Shown here: positions 51,495-63,914 of the stretch, one piece after another
Layout: the number at the start of each line of letters is the position of its first letter
Numbering within the stretch: position 1 is the stretch's first letter
NCBI RefSeq assembly: GCF_006345805.1
Contig: NC_043000.1
Location: 136,338,001 to 136,402,000 of the forward strand
Length of the DNA: 64,000 nucleotides
Reading direction: 5' to 3'
Origin: Octopus sinensis
Taxonomy: Eukaryota
Translations under genes and position numbers: made by a program
The notes under the pieces: model-generated
The model's input: only the letters and a program-made list of their open reading frames with translations
What the model was told of the DNA's origin: nothing
The model's database searches: none

Positions 51495-51740
51495 ACATTC
51501 TGAGATTTAATAATACATTTTAGAGAGTTACTTCCCTTATATAAACCGAGCGAAAATGCATTAAAAATGCGGAAAAAATTATGGTAATTTTTTTTTAATC
51601 GTAAACTCATCGTAGACGTGCGCTAATACAACTATAAGATACCCGGTTTTGGTTAAACTGCACTGCAAAATGTGGGAGTAGTTAGGAATCTAAATCGTAG
51701 GAGACAGATACACAACCTCTCTTTTATATATAAAGATAAA
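51495..51740 (+). mobile_element. Helentron-associated (HINE-like) element, 3' part
   Basis: Matches ~53330-53560 and ends GGAGACAGATACACAACCTCTCTTTTATATATAAAGAT. Confidence 0.65.
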
Positions 51741-51769
51741 CTCAAAGAGCAACTAGAAAGTGAAAGTAG

Positions 51770-52190
51770 TATCTAACTTAGGATGTCTCATAGATAGTGG
51801 TGGCAATGGTGTTGGAGGTGGTAGATGTGGTTATCATGGCAGCGGTGGTGGTGGTGGTGTAGTGGTGACAGTGGATGTGTATGATGGCAGCAATTATAGT
51901 GTTGGTGTTTTTGTAGAGGTGGTGGTGGTGGCGGCGGCAGTGGATGATAATGATAATGATGATGATAATAGTAGTAGCATTGATTATGTTAGGATGTCTC
52001 ATGGATGGTAGTGTTGAAGACATTGCAGAGTGTAGTGGTGGTGAAATTGGTGATTTTGAATATGATGCTGGTATTGGTCTTGGGGTTGTGGTGGTGGCAT
52101 TGGAGGTTGTAGTAATGGTTGTAGTGGTGGTTGTGAAGATGATTCTGATATTGATAGTCTTTGCATTGAGGTGGTGGCAGAGTCAGAGTA
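51770..52190. repeat. Degenerate GGT/GAT low-complexity region
   Basis: Direct reading. Confidence 0.8.
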
Positions 52191-52589
52191 AATAATAAGA
52201 GCCCAGTTAACACAAGATTCTTAAAGTTCTGAGATCATAAGATAGAGAGCAAGAAGTTAAAAGTTCCAATACTGGCCCAATACCTACACCCCAGATTCTT
52301 CAACTATTTTATAAGAAAGGGGTTAATGGCAGGATAGGGATTCAGCTTTAAAATAAATTGTATAACAAAAAATACATAAATAAATTACTGCGCCAACGAT
52401 GTAATTTTAGTATGTGTGTAAGCAATGCAAACAATGGAAAATAATTTAAACACTCATTTTCTAATGTCTAAGGATGGATATTTATGCGTATCAATCTTTT
52501 TCTTTTTATTTTCTTTCAAATATAATTCTAGGGAATTGAAAAAGCTGTGTACGATGTCAAGCGAATTTAGCTATTTACGATGAGCGGAT

Positions 52590-52885
52590 GTTTACGTTAC
52601 AAACAAATCTGTAGGCCTGTTTACATGTTTACGTTAACTACGTCACAAAATAGCTGTTTACGTCACAGTAACAATATTTTGAGAGGCAGTAAATAATATG
52701 AGGCCGAAAGAAAGAATATCATTGGTTAAAATTCGAATTATTAAACAACGTTAAACTTAGAAATTACAATTCCGTTTTCATTTTGGTTTACAATTATGTT
52801 TTCTTTTGACACATTCTACCAGTATACGAAGTTTCAAATTGTTTAGTTAACAAGGAAAATCTGGCCTTCAAACTGAAAAGATCCG
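52590..52885 (-). mobile_element. Merlin-like family terminal fragment
   Basis: Reverse complement of 24085-24395. Confidence 0.75.
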
Positions 52886-54312
52886 CGACCTTTTCCTTTT
52901 GATGGGCAATTCAATTAATTAATTTTCTTTAACTAAACACTTTGAAACTTCGTATACTGGTAGAATGTGTCATATAGAACATCTTTTACTCTTAGCATTG
53001 TTGAGAAAAGTTTCTACTTTCGAAGTTATTTCGTGTTAGATTTGTCGTATTATGGTAATTTCAACCAATTAATGATGTGTATTCAGCTGAATCAAATTAC
53101 TGCTGTTGTTTGTCAACAACAACTTCCGGCGGTGTATATTTCGTTTGTCACTGTTATTTATGAAATACTAGCAGTATATCCCGGCGTTGCTAGGGTTTGT
53201 AAGGGAAATAACTATTTAAGCATTTTTAGAGAGTTATAGCCTAAAAGATAGCAAAATAATGCATTAAAAATGGAAAAAAAATTATGGTAAATTTTTTTTA
53301 AATCGTTGACTCATCGTAGACATTTTTAGAGAGTTACTTCCCTTATATAATAGCGAAAAAATGCATTAAAATGGAAAAAATGATGGTAATTCTTTTTTTA
53401 AATCGTAGACTCATCGTAGACGCGCGCTAATACCCAGAAGGGCTCGATATGAATCACGACTATAAGATACCCAGTTTTGGTTAAACTGCACCGCAAAATG
53501 TGGGAGTAGTTAGGAATCTAAATCGTAGGAGACAGACACACAACTTCACTTTTATATATAAATATTTCATCTGTTACGTTCGTGTGAATAAACGAATGTA
53601 TCTGAAGCACGTTTACTTCATATCACCACCATAATCGTTCGTGCATTTCTATTTTAGGTTTTTTCCTGTTTTTCAGCTACTATTTTCAGAAAGAATTCCT
53701 CTCGACCCCCTATTTTACTCGCAAGTTATTGTTTTTTTTTATTTTGTTGCCAAAAACTCAGCTTTTTAGATTCGGAGATTCCGGAAAAATTGCCAAAAAT
53801 CGGAATTTTGAAATTCTTTGCTACCCCTCTTACCTCTACCCCTCCAATTCAATTCCCCCCATCCTTTTTCCCTTTTTTCGTAACCCTAACGCTAAAACCC
53901 CAACTTTATACCTAGCTCTAATCCTGAAACCCCAACCCTAACCCTAACTGTAGCACTAAAACCCTAACCCTAACGCTAAAATCCTAGCCCTAAGTAGAAA
54001 AAGTGTTGCAAATTTTTTTAAAGCTAAAACCAGTACAAACGCATGAACGATGTCATAAATAACAGTGACAAACGAAATATGCCCCGCTGGTAGTTGTTGA
54101 TAAACAACAGCAGTAATTTTATTCAGCTGAATACACGTCATTGATTGGTTGAAATTATCTAAATACGACAAATTTAACACGAAAATACTTCGAAAATAGA
54201 AACTTTTCTCAACAACGCTAAGAGTAAAAGATGTTCTACATGACATATTCTACCAGTATCCGAAGTTTCAAAGTGTTTAGTTAAAGAAAATTAATTAATT
54301 GAGCTGCCCAGT
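52886..54312. mobile_element. Foldback element with ~265-bp TIRs (Merlin-like family), internal CCCTAA-like repeats and a nested HINE
   Basis: ~52900-53162 is the reverse complement of ~54053-54312; CCCTAA variants at 53880-53990. Confidence 0.85.
53164..53565 (+). mobile_element. Helentron-associated (HINE-like) non-autonomous element
   Basis: 5' TACTAGCAG..CCCGGCGTTGCTAGGG; 3' GACAGACACACAACTTCACTTTTATATATA; internal tandem duplication. Confidence 0.7.
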
Positions 54313-54384
54313 TGGGAAACGTTTGTTAAATATGGGTAATAATTTTCTTGCAATCCTTGTTAGTATATATTTACTATATGGGTC

Positions 54385-54790
54385 TAGGAGTGGCTGTGTG
54401 GTAAGTAGCTTGCTTACCAACCACATGGTTCTGGGTTCAGCCCCACTGTGTGGCACCTTGGGCAAGTGTCATCTACTATAGCCTCGGGCCGACCAAAGCC
54501 TTGTGAGTGGATTTGGTAGACGGAAACTGAAAGAAGCCCGTCGTATATATACATATATATATGTATGTATGTGTGTGTGTGTGTGTGTGTTTGTGTGTCT
54601 GCGTTTTCCCCTCACCATTGCTTGACAACCGATGCTGGTGTGTTTACGTCCCCGTAACTTAGCGGTTCGGCAAAAAAGTCCGATAGAATAAGTACTAGGC
54701 TTACAAAGAATAAGTCCTGGGGTCGATTTGGTCGACTAAAAGCGGTGCTCCAGCATGGCTACAGTCAAATGACTGCAACAAATAAAAGAG
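54385..54790 (+). mobile_element. SINE family B
   Basis: GGAGTGGCTGTGTGGTAAGTAGCTTGCTTACCAACCACATGG...GCGGTGCTCCAGCATGGC. Confidence 0.9.
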
Positions 54791-54869
54791 TATATGTTTG
54801 ATAAGATCAGTTTATATCTGTTTTTTTTTTTTTTTATTATTTTAGGCGTCGGTGTATATCCTATGTGAA

Positions 54870-55510
54870 GACGCGTGACTTAGTGGTTAGAGTATTCGAC
54901 TCACGATCGAAAGGTTATGTGTTCGATTCCGGGCGGCGTGCTGTGTCCTTGAGCAAAACACTTTATTTCTGCTCCGGTCCACTCAACTGGCAAAAATGAG
55001 CTGTATATGTAATTCAAAGGGCCGACAATGACCCATTCTATGTCATGCAAAATTTCCCTAAGAACTTATATTAAGAATACGCGTGTCTGTAGAGTGCCTA
55101 GCCACTTGCACTTTAAGAGCAGCTTTTTCCGTTGATCGAATCGACTGGAGCACTTATTGTCATAACCAACGGTATGCTATTTATACGGTGTGAGGGCGCG
55201 TGGCTTAGTGGTTAGGGCATTCGGCTCATGATCGTAAGGTTGTGAGTTCGATTCCCGGCGACGCGTTGTGTCCTTGAGCAAGACACTTTATTTCACGTTG
55301 CTCCAGTCCACTCAGCTGGCAAAAATGAGTTGTACTTGTATTTCAAAGGGTCAGCCTTGTCACTCTCTGTGTCACGCTGATTTTCCCCGAGAACTACGTT
55401 AAGGGTACACGTGTCTGTGGAATGCTCAGCCATTTGCACGTTAATTTCACGAGCAAGCTGTTCCGTTGATCGTATCAGCTGGGACCCTCGTCGTCGTAAC
55501 CGGCGGAGTC
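54870..55510 (+). mobile_element. Two tandem SINEs (alternative tRNA-like head with tail type 2)
   Basis: GGCGCGTGGCTTAGTGGTTAG..GTTCGATTCC heads near 54872 and 55196; tail shared with 23460-23641. Confidence 0.8.
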
Positions 55511-56334
55511 TTTTTTATACGGTGTTGCTTGGGTAGGATTCTACATTTTCATTGTATTTGCTATTCTTTGGTCATTTCTGCTGTCTGGACGAAAATATAT
55601 ATTTATCGTCAAATCTATTTAATATTCTTTTTCTTAAGATAACAACCAATATTTTCAAGATATTCGGTGGATGATTAGAGGAGTCTTGACACATATATTA
55701 TCAGCTTGGTTGGTTAAAATAGCACTGATATTAATTGTTATCTTTTTCTCATACTTTCACGTTATGGCAATATCACTTTCTGCCTTTAGCAATATATTCT
55801 GTGTTAACCCGAATTTCATATCTTTTCGCCGATTGTTTTGACAACAACAAATACTTCCTGATGCCATAATGTTTCAGAAATTTCCTGCTGTATGACTTCC
55901 AGTAAGACGCTTACAAAATGGCAATGTGAACATTCTCCCCAAACAATCTCATCTCGGCTGTATCCCACTTGCTCAGGTTCAGTTCTTGGCACCGGACTTG
56001 CTCTAAATATATTTGTGTCTCCGTCACTACGATTATCTTTTTACTTATACTAATGTATCTCAACAAAATATTAAGTACATATAATGTATGTCAATTCTCA
56101 TTCTTAGAAACACAAATTGCTACATTAAACGTCCGATGAAATCTTGTTAACATCCCTATCCATTCAAGTATATGTGCAACGTATGCAAACAAAAGCAAAG
56201 AATACTCAACACAAGATATGGTGTTTAAATATTAATATTATCAGTTTGACTCAGAAATGTATTACTTGAAGTTCCTCACTTGAATGAAGGAGATGCATTT
56301 GATCATTACAATATTTAATGCTGTCGTTTCTCTT

Positions 56335-56880
56335 TACGTTCTGAGTTCAAATTCCGCCGAGGTCGAATTTGCCTTTCATCCTTTCGGGGTCGATAAATTA
56401 AATACCAGTTGCGTACTGTGGTCGATCTAATCTACTGGCCCCCTTCCCCGAAATTTAGGACTTTGTGCCTCGAGTAGAAAAGAATATTTAATTCTGAAAG
56501 GCGGTTAGCACGCCGGGCGAAATGCGTAGCCGTATTTCGTCTGCCGTTACGTTCTGATTTCAAATTCCGCCGAGGTCGACTTTGCCTTTCATCCTTTCGG
56601 GGTCGATAAATTAGATACCAGTTACGCACTGGGGCCGATGTAATCGACTTCATCCGTTTGTCGTTCCTTGTTTGTCCCCACTGTATTTGGCCCCTTGTGG
56701 GTAGTAAAGAAATAGGTATTTCGTTTGTCTTTACGTTCTGAATTCAAATTACGCCGAGGTTGACTTTGCCTTTCATTCTTTTGGGGTCGATAAATTAAGT
56801 ACCAGTTGCATATTGAGATCGATCTAATCGACTGGCCATCCCCAAAATTTCGGGCCTTCTGCCTAGAGTAGTAACAATAT
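56335..56880 (+). mobile_element. Three tandem or nested family C SINEs
   Basis: TTACGTTCTGA.TTCAAATT.CGCCGAGGT.GA.TTTGCCTTTCAT at ~56335, ~56547 and ~56732. Confidence 0.85.
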
Positions 56881-57693
56881 ATAATTCTGAGACTTGAGAC
56901 AGTCATAACTTCCAAATAAGGTGGGCTGTACTAGTTGTTTTAGATCCCTAATTGTACTAGTAGTTTTAGATTTTAACTTTGAACTTATTTGTGTTACCCA
57001 TACATAATTTACTGGACCCTTTCCAAAAAATTTCGAGCGTTGTGCCTAGAGTAGTAAAGAATATTCAATTCTGAGACTTGAGACAGTCATAACATATAGA
57101 TAAAACTGTTCCCTCTAAGTGTTACCCAGTACGCAACTAGTACTTTATTTATCGACCCCAAAAGAATGAAAGGCAAAGTAGTAAAGACCCGGAACTTATT
57201 GCTCTTCAATTACTATCGCAAACAGCCGTAGCTTTCTTCGGCTGAATACATGTTGATTAGTTAAAATTACCCAAATACGACAACTTTAACACGAAATAAC
57301 TTCTAAAATACGAAATTTTGTCAAAAAATGTTGAAAGTAAACCGTGTTTAGCGTGAGAAATTACACTAGTATAAGAAGTTAAAAAAAGAAAGAAGAATTT
57401 AAAAATCTGAGAGTGAAATTGAAGAGATTCGATTTCAAAATTGTATGTAAAATCGAAGAAAATATTAAGCCAAAATTAACTTAAGTTAGAAGGAAAACAT
57501 ATATACCCATATTAAATTAATTACTTGTAAAATAAATTTAATTAAAATAAATATAAGTTTGTTATAATAAAATACGCATTTACAGAGATCTATCAGCATA
57601 AAAATAAACACATGTTCATACAAACACAAAGATACTTACATATAAAAGTACCTGTATGTGTATATACATATAAATGTATGTGTGTACGTGTAT

Positions 57694-57777
<84 letters not shown>

Positions 57778-58554
57778 ATGTATATTTATATGTATATATA
57801 TATAACCAGCTGAAATTGCAAAGATAATCTGGAACTCGACTGAGGATAGAAAACTCCGAATGATTCGTCCTTGCTTTCTTTGTATCATCTGTCTGGATGT
57901 TTCGTTGTCCCTTTTTTATATCACTTGTGTGGATGTTTTGCGTTCGTGTCCCAGTTTTGTATCATATATATATATCGTACATAGCTCGGGCACACAAGGA
58001 CAAAAAGCTATATAAGATGAATGATAAAAGAAGACTATTAAAAGAAGACTATTATATGATAGAAAATATGCCATTCTCCGGATTTTAAGTGTAATCTCGA
58101 TCTTTATCCTAATATGGATAATTCATTTCACTTAACCAGTTAAGCACAAATCTCTTGAGTTTTCGGAGGAGTTAAAACCTTGGATTATAAATACTGAAAG
58201 CATCATTGTAACTAAAAGAACGTAATATGTATATAATTAAGAACAATCGATGACTAACCGATAATATTTCTTTGTAATGAACGCATAATACATAAGTATA
58301 TGGCGTTTGATTGTTAGTCAAAGGCATTCATTTGTATCGGTTAGGGTATCTAATTGTCGGTTAGGGTATTTAATGGTGTTTGAAACTTTTTAATTGACAA
58401 TGCGGCCGGTGGCGTATGTGATCAGATAACTTACATGGGTTGTGGTTTTGAAGATGAATATATTAACTGAAATCAGCAAATAGTTTTCCTTCGGGGTTAG
58501 CCACTTGGCTTATAATGCTGTTTTCCTGTCTGTTTGACTGGCATCATTTTAGAC

Positions 58555-59220
58555 CAGTGGTTCTCTACCGGATCCCATATGAGTCTTAGGAGTCCATAAA
58601 AGATATTGTTAAAATTTATTTGAAATAAATTGGCGCAGGAGTGGCTGTGTGGTAAGTAGCTTGTTTACCAACCACATGGTTCCGGGTTCAGTCCCACTGC
58701 GTGGCACCTTAGATAAGTGTCTTCTACTATAGCCTCGGGCCGACCAAAGCCTTGTGAGTGGATTTGGTAGACGAAAACTGAAAAGAAGCCCGTCGTATAT
58801 ATGTATATATATATATGCGTGTGTGGGTTTGTGTGTTTGTGTTTGTCCCCATAGCATTGCTTGACAACCGATGCTGGTGTGTTTATGTCCCCGTTACCTA
58901 GCGGTTCGGCAAAAGTGACCGATAGAATAAGTACTGGGCTTACAAAAAGAATAAGTCCCGGGGTCGAGTTGCTCGATTAAAGGCGGTGCTCCAGCATGGC
59001 CGCAGTCAAATGACAGAAACAAGTAAAAGAGTAAAGAGTAAAGAGAGTACTTCTACAATACACAAAATATTTGAATAATTATTTTTATACAATTGCTAAT
59101 AATATTTAATTATAAAAATATAATAGGAGTTTTTGAATATCGTATGACTGCAAAGGTCCATCCTAGTAAAACAGCAGCCAAAGAGATTAAATAGGTAAAA
59201 AAAATTGTTGAGAAACACTC
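58555..59220. mobile_element. hAT (Charlie-like) MITE with a nested SINE
   Basis: Termini CAGTGGTTCTCTACC / TGTTGAGAAACACTC; 8-bp flanks TTTTAGAC and CTTTAGAT (6/8 identical). Confidence 0.65.
58632..59048 (+). mobile_element. SINE family B, full length, with (GTAAAAGA)-type tail
   Basis: Complete head, internal microsatellite and 3' GGCGGTGCTCCAGCATGGCCGCAGTCAAATGACAGAAACAAG. Confidence 0.9.
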
Positions 59221-59559
59221 CTTTAGATCAATCACGTAGATGGCTGTTGTCAATGGCGTTCGTTCTTTTTGACAATTATCAGCACGCAGTTTAGTTTGAA
59301 CTTAATCACATGGTTAGTAGCGTTGTCGATGAATCTGCATCATTTTGCACATAGCTTTAGAAATAAATTGATGTGGCAATGAAATTTTTTTGCAGAGCTA
59401 TTCGTAAAATGTTTCCCGATATATTGGAATTAGTTCCATGATTTGAAAAGCCCCAAAACACGGTCGGCGGATAGACCTAATCTATTAATGTGTAATTTTT
59501 AGGAGCCATTTGACATGCGCAGATTCAGAAGTATTTATCTCTACTTTCAACCTCATCTA

Positions 59560-59745
59560 CCTGGGCGAAATGCGTAGCCATATTTCGTCTGCCGTTACGT
59601 TCTGAGTTCAAATTCCGCCGAGGTCGACTTTGCCTTTCATCCTTTCGGGGTCGCTAAATTAAGTACCAGTTATGCACTGGGGTCGATGTAATAGACTTAA
59701 TCCGTTTGTCTGTCCTTGTTTGTCCCCTCTGTGGGTAGTAAAGAA
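59560..59745 (+). mobile_element. SINE family C
   Basis: Colinear with 56515-56715. Confidence 0.85.
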
Positions 59746-59747
<2 letters not shown>

Positions 59748-59831
<84 letters not shown>

Positions 59832-59834
59832 ATA

Positions 59835-59869
<35 letters not shown>

Positions 59870-59934
59870 TTCTGTCTGTATGTCTGGCCGTCCGTCCGCC
59901 TGTCTGTCTGTTTGTGTGCCTATCTATCTGTCTG

Positions 59935-59969
<35 letters not shown>

Positions 59970-60000
59970 GTTTGTCTGCCTGTTGGATCATCTATCTATC
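59748..60000. repeat. (TCTA)n/(TCTG)n microsatellite
   Basis: Direct reading. Confidence 0.95.
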
Positions 60001-60394
60001 TTCCCAGGAGGCTCCCATTTTTTTGACAAAGCCGTTGGGAAGGCAGCTCTTAAAGGAAAAAGATACTCTGACATCAAACTTGCAGTTAAAATAGCATCAG
60101 TTATCTTGCAATGCTTGTCACTGGAACCAATTATGGCCACCGAGAGAGTGGCAAAAGTGTTCCATCAGTTTTTGCCATTTAAACCTAATGACGTACTGAT
60201 GTCTTACTATCATTTCGTTCATTAAGGTTTTCAGGCGAAAGAATATTAGGATGAGTATTTTCTTCAAACTTTCATTTCATATTTCAACAAATATTCAGAC
60301 AGGCTCGGCTTACCAGCTGATGAGCGAAAACGAGCAACTCTGAGTACTGGATATCAGAGCCCTTCAGTTATAGTGTGTTTGTGTGTGTGTGTGT

Positions 60395-60560
60395 AGGCGC
60401 AGGCGTGACTGTATGGTTGGAAAGCTTGCTTTCCTAACCATACAGGCTTGGGTTCACTCCCACTGCGTGGTACCTTGGGCAGGTGTCTTCTACTATAGCC
60501 TTCGACCAACGAAAGCCTTGTGAGTGGATTTGGTAGATGGAAACTGAACCAAGTTCGTAA
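60395..60560 (+). mobile_element. SINE family B, 5' half
   Basis: AGGCGCAGGCGTGACTGTATGG..CCCACTGCGTGGTACCTTGGGCAGGTG..AAAGCCTTGTGAGTGGATTTGG. Confidence 0.8.
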
Positions 60561-61655
60561 TGTGTGTGTATGTGTGTGTGTGCATGTGTGTGTGTATTTA
60601 CGTTATTGTAGACTTGTTTTGTATATGAACATAAAATTTCGGTGGTAGAATTAGCTTTTGTGTAGCATATAGCAAGTATGTTTGCTTAAAATAATGATAT
60701 GATGTTTAATTTTAATTACTTCTCTGCAGCACTGATGAGGTCTTATATAACCGAACATTCCAGAAATTTCTCCTTTGTTTAGAAGTTACTAAAATATATA
60801 TTAGTCAATTACTTTATGCCTTTCATTCATTCACCAGATAGTTATTTTTAATGAGATTGCAGAGGCGCACTACATTAAATGTGTTAACACCAACATATCT
60901 AAAACATGAAAAATGTGTAGTTATTGAAATTAGCACTTTTTATTAAAGAAAATAGGTAAAATACATAATATTGTCTAGCAAGCCATGGAATCAAAAATAC
61001 ACAGAATAGACAGCATATGGGATGGGACATGCTTGGAGGACTGTCGACTTCCAAGCTAGTGGTTTGCTTTAAATGGACAATTATGACTACCATGTTTTAA
61101 AGTAGTATTTACTTCTTCATTGATTTTCAATTCTGATGCCAGGGGATATTTTTCTTTTACTGATGGTGAACTGGAACGTTTAATCCTGAGATTAATTAAA
61201 TTCTGCACCAGATATGGCCTCTACAATAAAATAACAAATAAATCTTTGAACTAGTTTTGATACCTGTTCGGAGTCGTTTACTTTTGATTACAATTTTGTT
61301 GCCTCAAGGGAAGGTACAAATTAATATATATATATATATATATCGTCTTCAATAAATCTGAGAGCTTGCATATTTTGTAACAATTTATTAATTAATAGTA
61401 ATATTGATTTCGCAATGATAAAGCTACTTTAAATGCACGTGTCTTCCCACAAATAAGATCAAAGTTAAAATCTAAAACTACTAGTACAATTAGGGATCTA
61501 AAACAACTAGTACGGTCCTGAACATTCAGATACAGGTACATCCATAATTTCACGAAGAATACAGACACTCAGACCACACACACACATACACTCACAAATA
61601 TTTACATACATACATATATACGCACATATGCTTGCATACATACATACATACACAC

Positions 61656-61704
<49 letters not shown>

Positions 61705-61804
61705 AATGCACATATACATATTTGTTTTTTGTTAAATCATTTCTATTCACAATAACTGAAGTATCTCAAAACTTTCAGCAGAGTACTATATTTACTTTTA
61801 CAAG

Positions 61805-61873
61805 GAAAGGTTGAAAATAACTTTGAAGGTGGCTCTCCGTCATCGATCAGCTCGATGACGAAAGGTGAAATTT
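61805..61873 (+). CDS. Candidate 69-nt phase 1-1 exon ((G)KVENNFEGGSPSSISSMTKGEI)
   Basis: Acceptor ATTTACTTTTACAAG, donor GTAAGT, one open frame. Confidence 0.3.
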
Positions 61874-61999
61874 GTAAGTCACTATTAAACATTTCCAAAC
61901 TAAAGTGGACACCAAGCAATAACTCTATGTTTATATATATATGTTTATATATATATATATATATGTTTGTGTGTGTATACACACTCATACATATACATA

Positions 62000-62230
62000 G
62001 TTAATCCCCCAGAACGAGGGAAAACACAAGAAAAAGTTATAATGCGAGGACGTGGTACATACAAAGTATTATGGCAGGAGATATATATAGGGAAAATTCA
62101 CAAAAAAAGACGATGGCAGGTGGCGTAGACAACAAACAGATGTATTAGTTCAACGCTCGGGAAGTGAAAAAGTTTTTAACATTTCGAGCCTACACTCTTC
62201 CACAGAAAGAAAGAGGGAAAGAAAATAAAG
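62000..62230 (-). mobile_element. PLE terminal fragment, same family as 4425-4600
   Basis: GGCAGGTGG..ACAAAC..TGTATTAG..CGCTC..TTTAAC.TTTCGAGCCTAC.CTCTTC.ACAGAAAG is shared. Confidence 0.6.
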
Positions 62231-63021
62231 CGTAGTGACTAGCGATATAAATGCATACATACATACATACACATTAACTTCAACTGTGCAGCTGAAAACC
62301 TGTTCTATGAAATTACACGCTCAGCATGTGAAGAAAGCTACATTGGACAAACATGATGCTCTGTATGATAATGCATGACGAGAATACATATTAATAGGAA
62401 TCAGTAAACTTATAGAAGCGTGAGCAGGTAAGAAACAACCAAAGTTATTATTTCGACCTGTATGTATTTAGTCATTAAATAACGCAGCAACAACGAATCA
62501 ATAAAGAGAAAAACTTCCATAACTAAATATCAACCATTTTTAGATACTTGTGGCAAAGAAAGGGACACAACTATCGGCAACTCTACTGCAACACGTGCTA
62601 AATTTCCTGCAGCTACTACTAGTGTGACTGACATAAATATCTTTCACATCAACTAACAGTCCTGATTCTTCTGCTACAGAGCTATATATGCTACTGCATC
62701 TACAGCCAGCTACTCCTGCGGTTGTCACTGCCACAAACACCAAAACCTAGCCACAATCAGCAGCAGAGTTGATATAACGAAAAGTTATTGTAATATAATT
62801 TATTTCAGTTTACTTTTCCTTTTATTTCAACATAACTAAATGGTCTTTATAAAGTCATCGAAAACTCTTGCACATTTGACTAAAAGTAAGTAAATACCTA
62901 CTTTAATCCATGATAAAATTCGTAAAAGCAGCTTTTTCGTTTTGCTTCTTTTTAAATAAATTTCCTTCGGTGAAATCTCTTAAACTTTTTAATAAATATC
63001 TCTATATCTATATCTATATCT

Positions 63022-63302
63022 GTGGAGGCGCAATGGCCTAGTGGTTAGGGCAGCGGACTCGCAGTCGTAGGATCGCGGTTTCGTTGTGAGTGTTTATTGA
63101 GCGAAAACACCTAAAAGCTCCACGAGGCTCCGACAGGGGGTGGTGATCCCTGCAGTACTCTTTCACCACTCTTTCTCCCACTCTTTCTTCTGTTGGCCTG
63201 CTCGCTTAGCCAGCGGGGTGCATCATTCGAAGGCTAAAACAATGCGAAGCGCATTGTGACCAGCAATGTGTAACTACATCTGATGGACTGGTCGGTCACG
63301 TG
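63022..63302 (+). mobile_element. SINE family A head with tail type 1
   Basis: Colinear with 6846-7147. Confidence 0.85.
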
Positions 63303-63899
63303 ATGATGATATCTATATCTATACAAACAGATATGTGTGTGTATGTATGTGTGCGCGCGCATGTACATATATCGCAGATCATATTTATTTACAATACTGC
63401 AAGTGGTTATGCTGTGATTAAACCTATGACAGCGCAATCTCTAGTGCATTGCTCACATTTTATAAATTACACTCACACACGCACACACACACTTAAGGTA
63501 AATTGTCAAATCTGCTTAGGCATCATTTGGAATACCTTGTGGTATTGATTCTGATTTTCTATATTCTGTATTGGATGAAGGTCTGTTTCATCTTTTATCG
63601 TTTTGGGGCTGATAAATAAGGTACCACCCCAGGGCAATATATTAATCCAATAGTTAGAGCCTCGAACAAGCAGTTTTGCAATCTGTTCTGATTACTTTTC
63701 TTCTTTTTATTAATACCGCTACCAAGATGTACCGGCACATATGCCTTTGCATAAAGCAACATCGGTAAAAAAATCAAAAACAAAATCCTTTAGAGTTGTA
63801 GCTTACTGAGAAATTTTCCAGGTGCAAATCGATAATCACACGAGATATACGGAGGCTCGGGCCATATACATATACATACATAATGGAAGCACAATATAA

Positions 63900-63914
63900 G
63901 TAATATATACATAC

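Noticed and set aside
24085-52885. Large inverted segmental duplication between ~24.1-24.75 kb and ~51.96-52.89 kb
   Set aside because: Only two short repeat blocks match and the intervening DNA is unrelated; independent repeat copies explain it better.
60317-60335. CTGATGAGCGAAA hammerhead-like motif
   Set aside because: No stem I or stem III pairing; likely chance.
57840-60760. Decayed hammerhead-like cores at 57840 (CTGAGGA) and 60732 (CTGATGA-GGT..ACC-GAA)
   Set aside because: Possibly PLE relics, but GAAA and stem I are broken, so they are not supportable as ribozymes.
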